A stretch of DNA of 33,438 nucleotides from a virus (Duplodnaviria > Caudoviricetes). Both the position numbers and the translations under genes were made by a program. Numbering within the stretch: the first letter of the stretch is position 1; each line of letters begins with the position of its first letter. The stretch covers positions 1-33,438 of the IMG/VR virus record IMGVR_UViG_3300027771_000050; one strand, written 5' to 3'. The notes below the pieces were generated by a model that was not told the origin of the DNA, ran no database searches, and saw nothing but the letters and a program-made list of their open reading frames with translations. Below, in pieces: positions 25,393 to 32,553 of this stretch.

Positions 25393-26958
25393 TTATAGTG
25401 GTGTCAGGGTAAAGGTCTCAGGATTGAATAGCATCTCACCTGCGAAGCCTTCTTCCGACGTTGGTCTGTTCTTTTGGATGACCAGCTTTGTTGTGTTCCT
25501 GTCCTCGAAGTCCTCAGCATCTTTGTTACGCTGTAGGTCAATCACGACAGAGGCACGCTGGACGATCATTTTGCAGTATTTGGCATCTCCGTCCGAATTG
25601 GTGTGTGCTATAGTTAGTATGCCAACATTATATTCAGCAGCAACCTTAGACAGTCGGATAGCCAACTGGGCTAGCTCACTCTCTTTGTTCGTATCGGATG
25701 CGACTGTTATCGTGTCTTGGATTGGTTCAATCATGACGAACTGACATCCGTAAACGGTAGCCATCATCTTGATCTGCTGGACCAGCTCATCTGCGCCATC
25801 GTTCTCACGTAGCTTGAACTGGTAGAAGTGTTCTGTTTCCGCTAGGCGCTTGATGCTTGCACGGACTTCTTCGGTCTTTCCTTTTGCCTCAATGGCATCT
25901 TTTCGTGTCATGTTATCGTTAAGGTCGTAGGATACCAACCCCAGCACAGAGCGCAAGGGGATCTCCTCAAGGTGGCATGTGGCAAAGGTGACGCCACGGT
26001 TAATGAAGTTCCACTCTAGGAAGCGGAAGACTTCCGTCTTACCAACACCAGTAGCAGCTTTAAAGACTGTGAAGTGACCACGGTGGAGACCCATAGCTTT
26101 GCTGTCGAACTCTGGAATGCCTGTGGGCACGAAGGAGTGCTCAGGTGTCTCATCGAACAAGCTCAGCAAGTCAGCTTCAGAGTGAAGCAGGTTGTCAGGC
26201 ATGAACCTAGCGGCACCAAACCAAGCAGCCTTATACTCAGCAGCTTTACCAGCAACTAGGAAGTCATTGGCATCCTTGTGGATACTGTGATCCACACGAT
26301 AGGTCTTGTGTGGGAACAACGCGTTCACCTTCTGGGCTACTTCGTCACCTGGGCCATCAGCATCAACCGAGAGGATGATCTTTTGGAAGCTGTCAAGCCA
26401 TGGGATGACGTTCTGCCAGAAGTCCTTAGAGGGGACAGCTGACGGTAGTGAGACGACTGGAGTAGCATAGCGTGAGCTAGCACCTCCGAGCATCTGCCAA
26501 GCTGACATAGCGTCTAGCTCGCCTTCAGTGATCGTGACCATCTTGGATGTACCAGCAGTAAAGCGGTTCTGGCCAAACAAGCTGTCCATCTTACCTGTGG
26601 CCCTGAAGTCTTTAGGGAACAGGCGTGTCTTTGTGGCCCCTGAGGGGTAAGTGTAGGTCTGTGACAAGGGTGAGCCGTCTGGGGCTACTAGGGTTTTGAC
26701 GCCATAGTGCTCCATTGTGCCGCTTGCGATGCCACGTAGGCTGGTATAGATGCCGCCTGCTTCTTGTGTTGTAGTAGTGGGTGTGAAGTCTAAGTCCGCC
26801 AATGGGTAGAGTGCCAGGGTCTCTTCTGAGTACCGTTGGCCCCCTTTGGGGTATGAACTACCACAACTAAAGCAAACGCCAACCATCTTCTCTGTGTTGT
26901 AGCTAAAAGCATCGCTACTGGGACAGGTGGGACAAGGTTGGCCTGTGAGCTCAGCCAT
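25393..26958 (-). CDS. T7 gp4-like primase/helicase
   Basis: CPTC/CFSC zinc finger, TOPRIM ITEGELDAMS, KDANDFL, Walker A ATGVGKT and KNR motifs. Confidence 0.93.
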   Translation of the reverse strand: MAELTGQPCPTCPSSDAFSYNTEKMVGVCFSCGSSYPKGGQRYSEETLALYPLADLDFTPTTTTQEAGGIYTSLRGIASGTMEHYGVKTLVAPDGSPLSQTYTYPSGATKTRLFPKDFRATGKMDSLFGQNRFTAGTSKMVTITEGELDAMSAWQMLGGASSRYATPVVSLPSAVPSKDFWQNVIPWLDSFQKIILSVDADGPGDEVAQKVNALFPHKTYRVDHSIHKDANDFLVAGKAAEYKAAWFGAARFMPDNLLHSEADLLSLFDETPEHSFVPTGIPEFDSKAMGLHRGHFTVFKAATGVGKTEVFRFLEWNFINRGVTFATCHLEEIPLRSVLGLVSYDLNDNMTRKDAIEAKGKTEEVRASIKRLAETEHFYQFKLRENDGADELVQQIKMMATVYGCQFVMIEPIQDTITVASDTNKESELAQLAIRLSKVAAEYNVGILTIAHTNSDGDAKYCKMIVQRASVVIDLQRNKDAEDFEDRNTTKLVIQKNRPTSEEGFAGEMLFNPETFTLTPL

Positions 26959-27025
26959 TGTCGTAGCCTTGAGCTTCTTTGCGGTTGAATGTGATTGTGC
27001 CGTCTGGCATCTGGTAGTAGGTCAT
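26951..27025 (-). CDS. Tiny ORF (24 aa) overlapping the primase start
   Basis: AAAGGA SD; reads MTYYQMPDGTITFNRKEAQGYDNG. Confidence 0.5.
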   Translation of the reverse strand: MTYYQMPDGTITFNRKEAQGYDNG

Positions 27026-27038
27026 GTGTTATCCTTTG

Positions 27039-27197
27039 TTATTTTAAGACAGACAGAAGGCCGCTTAGGCCGACTATTGCTGCATATGCTGATGCTGCCC
27101 AGAATGTGACTGGGTTGGTGGTGGATGCTGCTAATGTAGCCAATAGGGCCACGATTGGAGCGCTGATGAGTAGAGCTAGGATGAGCTTAACCATCAT
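27039..27197 (-). CDS. Small two-TM membrane protein (52 aa)
   Basis: GGAG SD and ATGA coupling; reads MMVKLILALLISAPIVALLATLAASTTNPVTFWAASAYAAIVGLSGLLSVLK. Confidence 0.65.
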   Translation of the reverse strand: MMVKLILALLISAPIVALLATLAASTTNPVTFWAASAYAAIVGLSGLLSVLK

Positions 27198-27391
27198 AGC
27201 TCCGGGTACATTCTGTGGCCGTAGTGGTACTCACTGCGCAGCTCCTCAAGGAAGTACTCGTGGTCGATGTCGTCCTGGATAGCTTCGAATAGCTCAGGGT
27301 TACGATCCAATAGGAGCATCAGGTAACGCTGTGTTTCTTCCGTGTCCATTTGTGTGATACGAATGAGGGCGTCATGTGTGTTTTGTGTCAT
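27194..27391 (-). CDS. Small acidic hypothetical protein; first gene after the phage promoter
   Basis: TAAGGA SD; 65 aa. Confidence 0.7.
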   Translation of the reverse strand: MTQNTHDALIRITQMDTEETQRYLMLLLDRNPELFEAIQDDIDHEYFLEELRSEYHYGHRMYPEL

Positions 27392-27412
27392 CTTATGTTG
27401 TCCTTATGTTAG

Positions 27413-27577
27413 CATATGATCTCTTGTAGACCTATTGCTTACGAGTGCCCCCTTACCCCCACAAAGTGAGGTAAGAGTAGCGGCGTTAGTGCCGCTTTTG
27501 CTGTTCAGTGTCCAGATCCTCTAAGGAGGGTGGAAGGGTCATATGATCTCTTGTGAGCCATTGCCTTACTCGTGCCC
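27413..27577. repeat. Imperfect 38-bp direct repeat pair (27413-27450 and 27540-27577) enclosing three hairpins
   Basis: CATATGATCTCTTGTagacctATTGCttacgaGTGCCC vs CATATGATCTCTTGTgagccATTGCcttactcGTGCCC. Confidence 0.85.
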
Positions 27578-27611
27578 ATTTGATAAACCAGTGTTGTCTG
27601 GCGAGGTTTCT

Positions 27612-27634
27612 TTCCTCTATAGTGGTGCTTTTTA
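27612..27634 (-). promoter_or_regulatory. Phage RNAP promoter (T7/SP6 type), +1 G at 27617
   Basis: TAAAAAGCACCACTATA-GAGGAA aligns without gaps to T7 TAATACGACTCACTATA-GGGAGA. Lies just after the RNAP gene and its terminator. Confidence 0.75.
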
Positions 27635-27680
27635 AATAGCGCTTGTTTACAATGGCTTACGCGGCCATGAAATGGACGAG

Positions 27681-27716
27681 AAAAGGGCTCCTGGTGTCAT
27701 CCAGAAGCCCCCTTTT
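27681..27716 (-). terminator. Early terminator after the RNAP gene (possibly bidirectional)
   Basis: AAAAGGGGGCTTCTGG-ATGACA-CCAGGAGCCCTTTTCT. Confidence 0.8.
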
Positions 27717-27733
27717 GGTAGTGTTTTAGCAGC

Positions 27734-29998
27734 TTATGCGAACGAATAGTCTGTATCGATCACACCGTCCAGGTCTAGGTTACCCATTGTTGGTAGCTCA
27801 ATATCACCACCAGATAGCTCATCATTGAGGCTACCGGCTACTTCAGTGCTATAGAGCTCAATGAATTGCTCCCGGATGATGTTAAAGAAGCGACCAGCAT
27901 CAGCTGCATGGCAACCAAAACTGTCATGGATCATTGCTAGGCTGTGCATCTGCTCCTTAGAGGCCGCAACGGCAACCATACGGATGTGTGTGGCGTCGAT
28001 GGAGTGGATGACGTTAGGAGAGATAGCAGACGCCATCTTACGTGTGTCCACAGCGTCCGTGGGGATGGCGTACTGAGGCCGAGCAACACTGTCACCTATG
28101 CGGATGTCCAGTCGCTTGGCCTTTTTAGCCTTATACTTCTGAACAACAGGCAAGCCATCAGGTGTGGTCCACTGTGTGGCCTCTTGCTTACCACGCACAC
28201 ACTTCTGCAGCCAGTTCTTAGCCTCAGAAGCCTTCACGACAGTCTTTTCGATCTCTGCAAAGGTGATCTTGGCCAGGTAGTTGCAAGCCGTGAACAGCTC
28301 ATCCTTAGCAAAGGCCTCGCTGCCTCCTCCAAGAACCTCAGCTTTGATCTGGTCAGTCATACCAGCAACCTCAGATGAGTAGCCATAGGTCATCGTGGGC
28401 GTCTTGAACAGCTTACGCGTCAGAAGACCTGAGTTAACCCACTGTGCTGCAAGATCGTCCTCAGAGGCCTCTAGTACAGCCACCACAGCCTCTTTGACAG
28501 TAGCGTAGATGTCTTGGCGGTCCAGGTTAGCAACCAGGTTGACCTCACGGCCACCAATATCATCCTTGAACATAGCAGAGAAGTGTTGTAGGCCAGAGCA
28601 GGAACCATCAAAGGCAACTGGCAAGGTGCTTAGGAAGTCGTCTGGGTCAGCACAGTAGCCTGCCCACTCTAAGCAGCCTCTAAGGAAGCCCCAGGGACTG
28701 TCAGCACCAATCCAGAAGTCTTTGTTAGGACCGAATGGGTTGCTGGCGACATCCAGGATCTTGCCTTCGTTAGCATAGACCCACTCAACACGCTCACCAA
28801 GTGACAGCTTGTCCTCACCGAACTCGTTAGCGATGTGGATAGCTAGGAAGTTCTCAGCCTCACCAGTGATGCGCTTGCCCTCAGAGAAGGAGAGCAGAGC
28901 CTTAGCCAACTTGTTACCCTGTGGTGACAGACCGTCCACCATTGGGTAAACACGTCCTCTCCAGTCCATATTATGTGGGAACCAGATGGCCTCATATTCT
29001 TTGAATTCCTCAGCAAGACCGAGGATAGAATTCGCACTCACACGGATGCTTGTGCGCTTAGGCCGGTTGTCCTTATAGTTGAACGGGAGACAGTCAACAT
29101 CCAGACCATCATCAAACGCTGCCTGAGCTATCCCCAGGAGCCCTGTGTGGACGCTCCAGGCTGTACGTTGAATGATGTTGATACTTTGCCTAACAGACGA
29201 CAAGTCAGCGTCCAGGAGGGCCTCTGTGTGACCTTCAAAGCGTGTCTTAACGAGGGGCTGTTTTAGCGTAAGGTAGCCACCACTCCCAAACACATCCCAC
29301 TCGAATGGCTCGACGATCATTGGGAGGTAAACAGGGGAGAATTCAGGGCACAAATTCATGACCTCGATCATCTCCATGGTGGCCTCAGTTGGCACCAGTT
29401 TGTGGAAGGAGCTCTTACCCCGGCCAACAAGCACCTCCTCAACCAGACCAACTTGAGTGGCTAGGTTAATCAAGGTTATGCCAACCTTAAGCTGGTCCTC
29501 AACCGGCCACGCAGATTGCATGTTGAAGAAGGCGAGCGTGTCTACCACAACTCGCTCCTTGCTGTTGTCATTACCCAGGGCGCGTTTGGTACTAGTCTCG
29601 ATGTGCTTCACTAGGCCCTTCTTTTCCTTGTCACTCCCAAGCTCAGCCATTGTGATAGCGTTAGAGACTGCCATGCCAATGTTGATAGCAGTTGCAGTGG
29701 TCTTAGCCTCATCGTGGCCTAAGCTGTTGACGATTGTCTTGAGCGCCAGGTAGACCACAGCCTCAAGGTTAAGCTCCTTAAGTAGCAATGATGCTTGTGA
29801 CTTACGCCTGACAAGCTCCTGCGACTTGATGAACTCCTCGAGGGAGCCTACCATGCCGTCAATGTTAGCTTTAATAAGCTCGCGCCCATGAGCTGTGTTG
29901 CTCTGGCCCTCACTTGTGCGTGCGGCCTCAAGCTGCTTTAGGAACCGGGAGTAACCCCGGTCCTGCATTTGTGCCTCTAGTTCGAATTGTGTGTACAT
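27734..29998 (-). CDS. T7-like single-subunit RNA polymerase (compact, 754 aa)
   Basis: DWRGRVYP; motif A DGSCSGLQH; motif B RKLFKTPTMTYGY; PNVIHSIDA; motif C IHDSFG. Confidence 0.97.
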   Translation of the reverse strand: MYTQFELEAQMQDRGYSRFLKQLEAARTSEGQSNTAHGRELIKANIDGMVGSLEEFIKSQELVRRKSQASLLLKELNLEAVVYLALKTIVNSLGHDEAKTTATAINIGMAVSNAITMAELGSDKEKKGLVKHIETSTKRALGNDNSKERVVVDTLAFFNMQSAWPVEDQLKVGITLINLATQVGLVEEVLVGRGKSSFHKLVPTEATMEMIEVMNLCPEFSPVYLPMIVEPFEWDVFGSGGYLTLKQPLVKTRFEGHTEALLDADLSSVRQSINIIQRTAWSVHTGLLGIAQAAFDDGLDVDCLPFNYKDNRPKRTSIRVSANSILGLAEEFKEYEAIWFPHNMDWRGRVYPMVDGLSPQGNKLAKALLSFSEGKRITGEAENFLAIHIANEFGEDKLSLGERVEWVYANEGKILDVASNPFGPNKDFWIGADSPWGFLRGCLEWAGYCADPDDFLSTLPVAFDGSCSGLQHFSAMFKDDIGGREVNLVANLDRQDIYATVKEAVVAVLEASEDDLAAQWVNSGLLTRKLFKTPTMTYGYSSEVAGMTDQIKAEVLGGGSEAFAKDELFTACNYLAKITFAEIEKTVVKASEAKNWLQKCVRGKQEATQWTTPDGLPVVQKYKAKKAKRLDIRIGDSVARPQYAIPTDAVDTRKMASAISPNVIHSIDATHIRMVAVAASKEQMHSLAMIHDSFGCHAADAGRFFNIIREQFIELYSTEVAGSLNDELSGGDIELPTMGNLDLDGVIDTDYSFA

Positions 29999-30001
29999 GC
30001 T

Positions 30002-30802
30002 TCATTCCTTCAGTTGATACGCCAGCGGCGCGTCGTGTTCATAACCAGCAATCTGAAAGTCGTCGGGTGTAAACCCCTGCAGGGTGTTTTGTTTTGTGAA
30101 TGTGAATTGAGGTAGCTGTCGTGGCTTGCGGGTCAGTTGGGTGAAGGCTGTAGGGATGTGCTCAGCGTAGATGTGAGCGTCACCGATAACCATCGTGACC
30201 TTACGCGGCTTCATGCCAGCCAGACTAGCAAACTGGCAGACCATGGCGCTCGCTAGCAGAGCATCTGCAGGCACACCAATCATCCAGTCACCAGACCGTT
30301 GTGTCCAGATAAGATCCAGGTGCTCACCATCTGACCAGAACTGGTAGGAGTAGTGGCAGCAAGGTAGATCCACCTCAGCGAGACGTGAGGGGTCCCAACC
30401 GGTAATAATCATGCGTCGGTCAGTGTAATCATTGCGCAAGAGGTTCAGGACGGTCTCCATCTGGTTCACCCCGTGGAAGTCTGTCCAGGCGTTACCATAG
30501 TCCAGGTCAATTGACCCGTCAGCCTTGGCCCACTTGCCCCAGAAGTTACAACCCCAGCGTGTGAAGTCGTCTACATGCTTAGGTCCGCGGATCAATGCAG
30601 CGTACTCGCCGAACACCCCGCGGTAGTGGCTCTTGCGGGTAGTCAGCAGTGGCAAGCCCTCACGTAGGTCAAAGGTCAGGGTCTGTGCAGGTAGTGACCG
30701 TGTGTCTCCGTTACGCCCTGTGCGCGCATCGCCCGTGGAGATGATGTCCGCCACGGTGGCGAGGTAGCTTGTTTCAAAAGTGTTCTTCATCGTCTTTCCC
30801 AT
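30002..30802 (-). CDS. Thymidylate synthase (ThyA)-family enzyme with Asn177->Asp; probable dCMP methylase
   Basis: Colinear with E. coli ThyA (PLLTT, E58, W80/W83, Y94, RR, CH, QRSxD, HIY). Reads QRSGDWMIGVPAD where ThyA has QRSCDVFLGLPFN. The family call is firm; the substrate is inferred. Confidence 0.9.
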   Translation of the reverse strand: MGKTMKNTFETSYLATVADIISTGDARTGRNGDTRSLPAQTLTFDLREGLPLLTTRKSHYRGVFGEYAALIRGPKHVDDFTRWGCNFWGKWAKADGSIDLDYGNAWTDFHGVNQMETVLNLLRNDYTDRRMIITGWDPSRLAEVDLPCCHYSYQFWSDGEHLDLIWTQRSGDWMIGVPADALLASAMVCQFASLAGMKPRKVTMVIGDAHIYAEHIPTAFTQLTRKPRQLPQFTFTKQNTLQGFTPDDFQIAGYEHDAPLAYQLKE

Positions 30803-31260
30803 CTTGTGTAATTGGCATCAGCTGCCAGTGTCTTGGTCTCTATACGCTTGAAACCAAACGGCTCAAAGTGCTTTGGCACGAAGGTGTCACAATCGTAGAC
30901 ACCCTGGATCTCCGTGATGTGGATGACCTTAGCCTTGACCAAAACTTGCTGCACAATGTCAGCACCTCCGATCACGAACTTCTTCATTGGACCAACGTCC
31001 AGGTCAGCTATCGCGGTTGGAAGGTCGCCGGAGATGACGACATCAGCGCCAGTGATTTCCTTAGTTGATACAACCACATTCAACCGGTTTGGTAGAGGAA
31101 CCGGGGTGCATTTGTCATTCCAGGTGTTGCTGCCCATGATGACACAGTGGCCATTCGTCATAGCCTTGAAGTGTCGCATGTCCTCAGCCAGGTGGGGCCA
31201 GGGCATGACACCCTGCTTGGCAACCCCACCCTCCGCGTCACATGCCAAGATGATTTCCAT
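30787..31260 (-). CDS. folA: Dihydrofolate reductase
   Basis: MPWPHLAEDMRHFK, VIMG..TW, PLPNRLNVVVS, VIGG and CDTF motifs. Confidence 0.93.
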   Translation of the reverse strand: MEIILACDAEGGVAKQGVMPWPHLAEDMRHFKAMTNGHCVIMGSNTWNDKCTPVPLPNRLNVVVSTKEITGADVVISGDLPTAIADLDVGPMKKFVIGGADIVQQVLVKAKVIHITEIQGVYDCDTFVPKHFEPFGFKRIETKTLAADANYTRWERR

Positions 31261-31262
31261 GC

Positions 31263-31547
31263 TTACTCCTCCTCAGCGTTGATGTTGTTGATGTATTCTT
31301 CTAGCAGCGTAGCATAGCCTGCGATGTCGTGCGGGTTGTCTGCGTAGAATTGATCCCCACAAACCATCCGGGACACTTTGCCCATGATCATGTGCAAGCA
31401 TTCCTTGTGCATCGGGGTGAGCACCTGGCCGCTCCGGATGGCCGCCACAGCCACCTCATCCATCAGGGTTTGTGTCAGTAAGGCATTACGGTCCATGCGG
31501 CCATAGCGGTTCCCACGTTGGGCCAAGGTATCTTTTACGTTTGTCAT
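31263..31547 (-). CDS. DUF6378-like small helical protein
   Basis: L..RG..YG, KVSR...GD and DIAGYA motifs. Confidence 0.7.
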   Translation of the reverse strand: MTNVKDTLAQRGNRYGRMDRNALLTQTLMDEVAVAAIRSGQVLTPMHKECLHMIMGKVSRMVCGDQFYADNPHDIAGYATLLEEYINNINAEEE

Positions 31548-31548
31548 G

Positions 31549-31911
31549 TTATCGGTTCCTAAATAAGTCTGTTAGTGTTGCGGGTTTGAAGTCTGGCCCT
31601 TTGACCAGGTCGATCTCGAATGAGCCCCGCTTGTTGTTAGCGCCAAGCGTCTTGCTCATGTTTGATGCCATGACCCGATTAAACGCTGGCTCAAATATAG
31701 TGGCATAGCCCATGCGCTCTGCTGTGCCTAGTGCAAAGACCACTAGGTCGACCAGGGCGTCCAATTCGTCCTCCTTAGTTTTGGATGTTGTGAACTCGCT
31801 TAGCTCCTCAAGCATTGCCCCGATACGGAACAAGCGTTCTTCGCTAGTGAACTCAGCCTCAGCGTGCGTGATGCCGAACTTCTCGTGCATCTGTTTGATC
31901 TTATCAATCAT
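31549..31911 (-). CDS. MazG-like all-alpha (d)NTP pyrophosphohydrolase (DR2231/PRA-PH-like)
   Basis: EELSE, ELDALVD, SNMSK and K.PDFKP motifs. Start moved to MIDKIK. Confidence 0.85.
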   Translation of the reverse strand: MIDKIKQMHEKFGITHAEAEFTSEERLFRIGAMLEELSEFTTSKTKEDELDALVDLVVFALGTAERMGYATIFEPAFNRVMASNMSKTLGANNKRGSFEIDLVKGPDFKPATLTDLFRNR

Positions 31912-32095
31912 TGTTCGTGTCCCGTACAGTGCGATGGATGTCAATTAAGCCGCGAGCAACTGTCTCGATGTTACCGCGAGCGATACCGATGTCATGTAGG
32001 TCAGCATCAGACAGCTTGTGCAGTTCAGTGATAGTCGCGTTGATGTTACGACGGCGACGCAGGGCTTCTGCGATAGTTGTGATCATGTTTGTCAT
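31904..32095 (-). CDS. DUF1127 (YjiS-like) small protein
   Basis: RRRR....TITELHKLSDADLHDIGIARGNI matches the EL..LSD..L.DIGI.R..I signature. May start a few codons later. Confidence 0.88.
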   Translation of the reverse strand: MTNMITTIAEALRRRRNINATITELHKLSDADLHDIGIARGNIETVARGLIDIHRTVRDTNND

Positions 32096-32304
32096 TGGTT
32101 TGTTTCCTTTGTTTTATTCAGTTCAGCATAATAAGCAACAGAAGCAGCATAAGCTGCATGATAAGCAATAACACAAGCGTCACGAGCAGCATGATAAGCA
32201 TCATCATCCGCGCCAGCAGCAGTAGTAGTCGCATTAAGGGTAGCAGCATCAAGGGTAGCAGCAGCAGCGCGGGTCGCGGCTCCCAGTTCTTCTAGTTTAG
32301 TCAT
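32092..32304 (-). CDS. Ala-rich helical protein, paralogue B
   Basis: Runs MTKLEEL...AELNKTKETNQ; both ends shared with 32297..32491. Confidence 0.75.
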   Translation of the reverse strand: MTKLEELGAATRAAAATLDAATLNATTTAAGADDDAYHAARDACVIAYHAAYAASVAYYAELNKTKETNQ

Positions 32305-32491
32305 TGGTTTGTTCCTTTGTTTTCTTCAGTTCAGCGGCATAAGCATCCCAAGCATCATTAGCAGCAGTATTAGCATCAGCAGCAGCATCCCAAGCATCAT
32401 TAGCAGCAGTATTAGCATCAGCAGCAGCATCCCAAGCATCATTAGCAGCAGTATTAGCATCAGCAGCCTTGAGCTCTTCTAGTTTAGTCAT
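32297..32491 (-). CDS. Ala-rich repeat protein, paralogue A
   Basis: MTKLEELK-(AADANTAANDAWDA)x3-YAAELKKTKE; AAAGGA SD. Confidence 0.8.
   Translation of the reverse strand: MTKLEELKAADANTAANDAWDAAADANTAANDAWDAAADANTAANDAWDAYAAELKKTKEQTND
32342..32467. repeat. Perfect tandem repeat, 3 x 42 bp
   Basis: Unit agcatcccaagcatcattagcagcagtattagcatcagcagc. Confidence 0.95.
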
Positions 32492-32553
32492 TGTGTTTCC
32501 TTTGGTTTAGGTGGTGGCATCATTGTGTCGCATGGGTCATCTTGGTCAGGCAT
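32488..32553 (-). CDS. Tiny ORF (21 aa), coupled on both sides
   Basis: AGGAG SD, TAATG and ATGA overlaps; reads MPDQDDPCDTMMPPPKPKETQ. Confidence 0.45.
   Translation of the reverse strand: MPDQDDPCDTMMPPPKPKETQ

Noticed and set aside
27645-27662. IHF-like site TAAGCCATTGTAA upstream of the promoter
   Set aside because: Partial consensus only; could be chance.
30002-30802. Ordinary thyA, or a T4-type dCMP hydroxymethylase
   Set aside because: Asp at the 177 site argues against plain dUMP specificity. Full colinearity with ThyA plus an adjacent DHFR argues against a hydroxymethylase. Neither is excluded without assay.
194-32295. All plus-strand ORFs in the track (e.g. 2294..2866, 8799..9383, 25175..25744)
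   Set aside because: They are antisense shadows of well-supported minus-strand genes, with no recognisable motifs.
32342-32467. CRISPR-like mini-array
   Set aside because: The units are identical and adjacent with no spacers, and they are in frame within a coding sequence.
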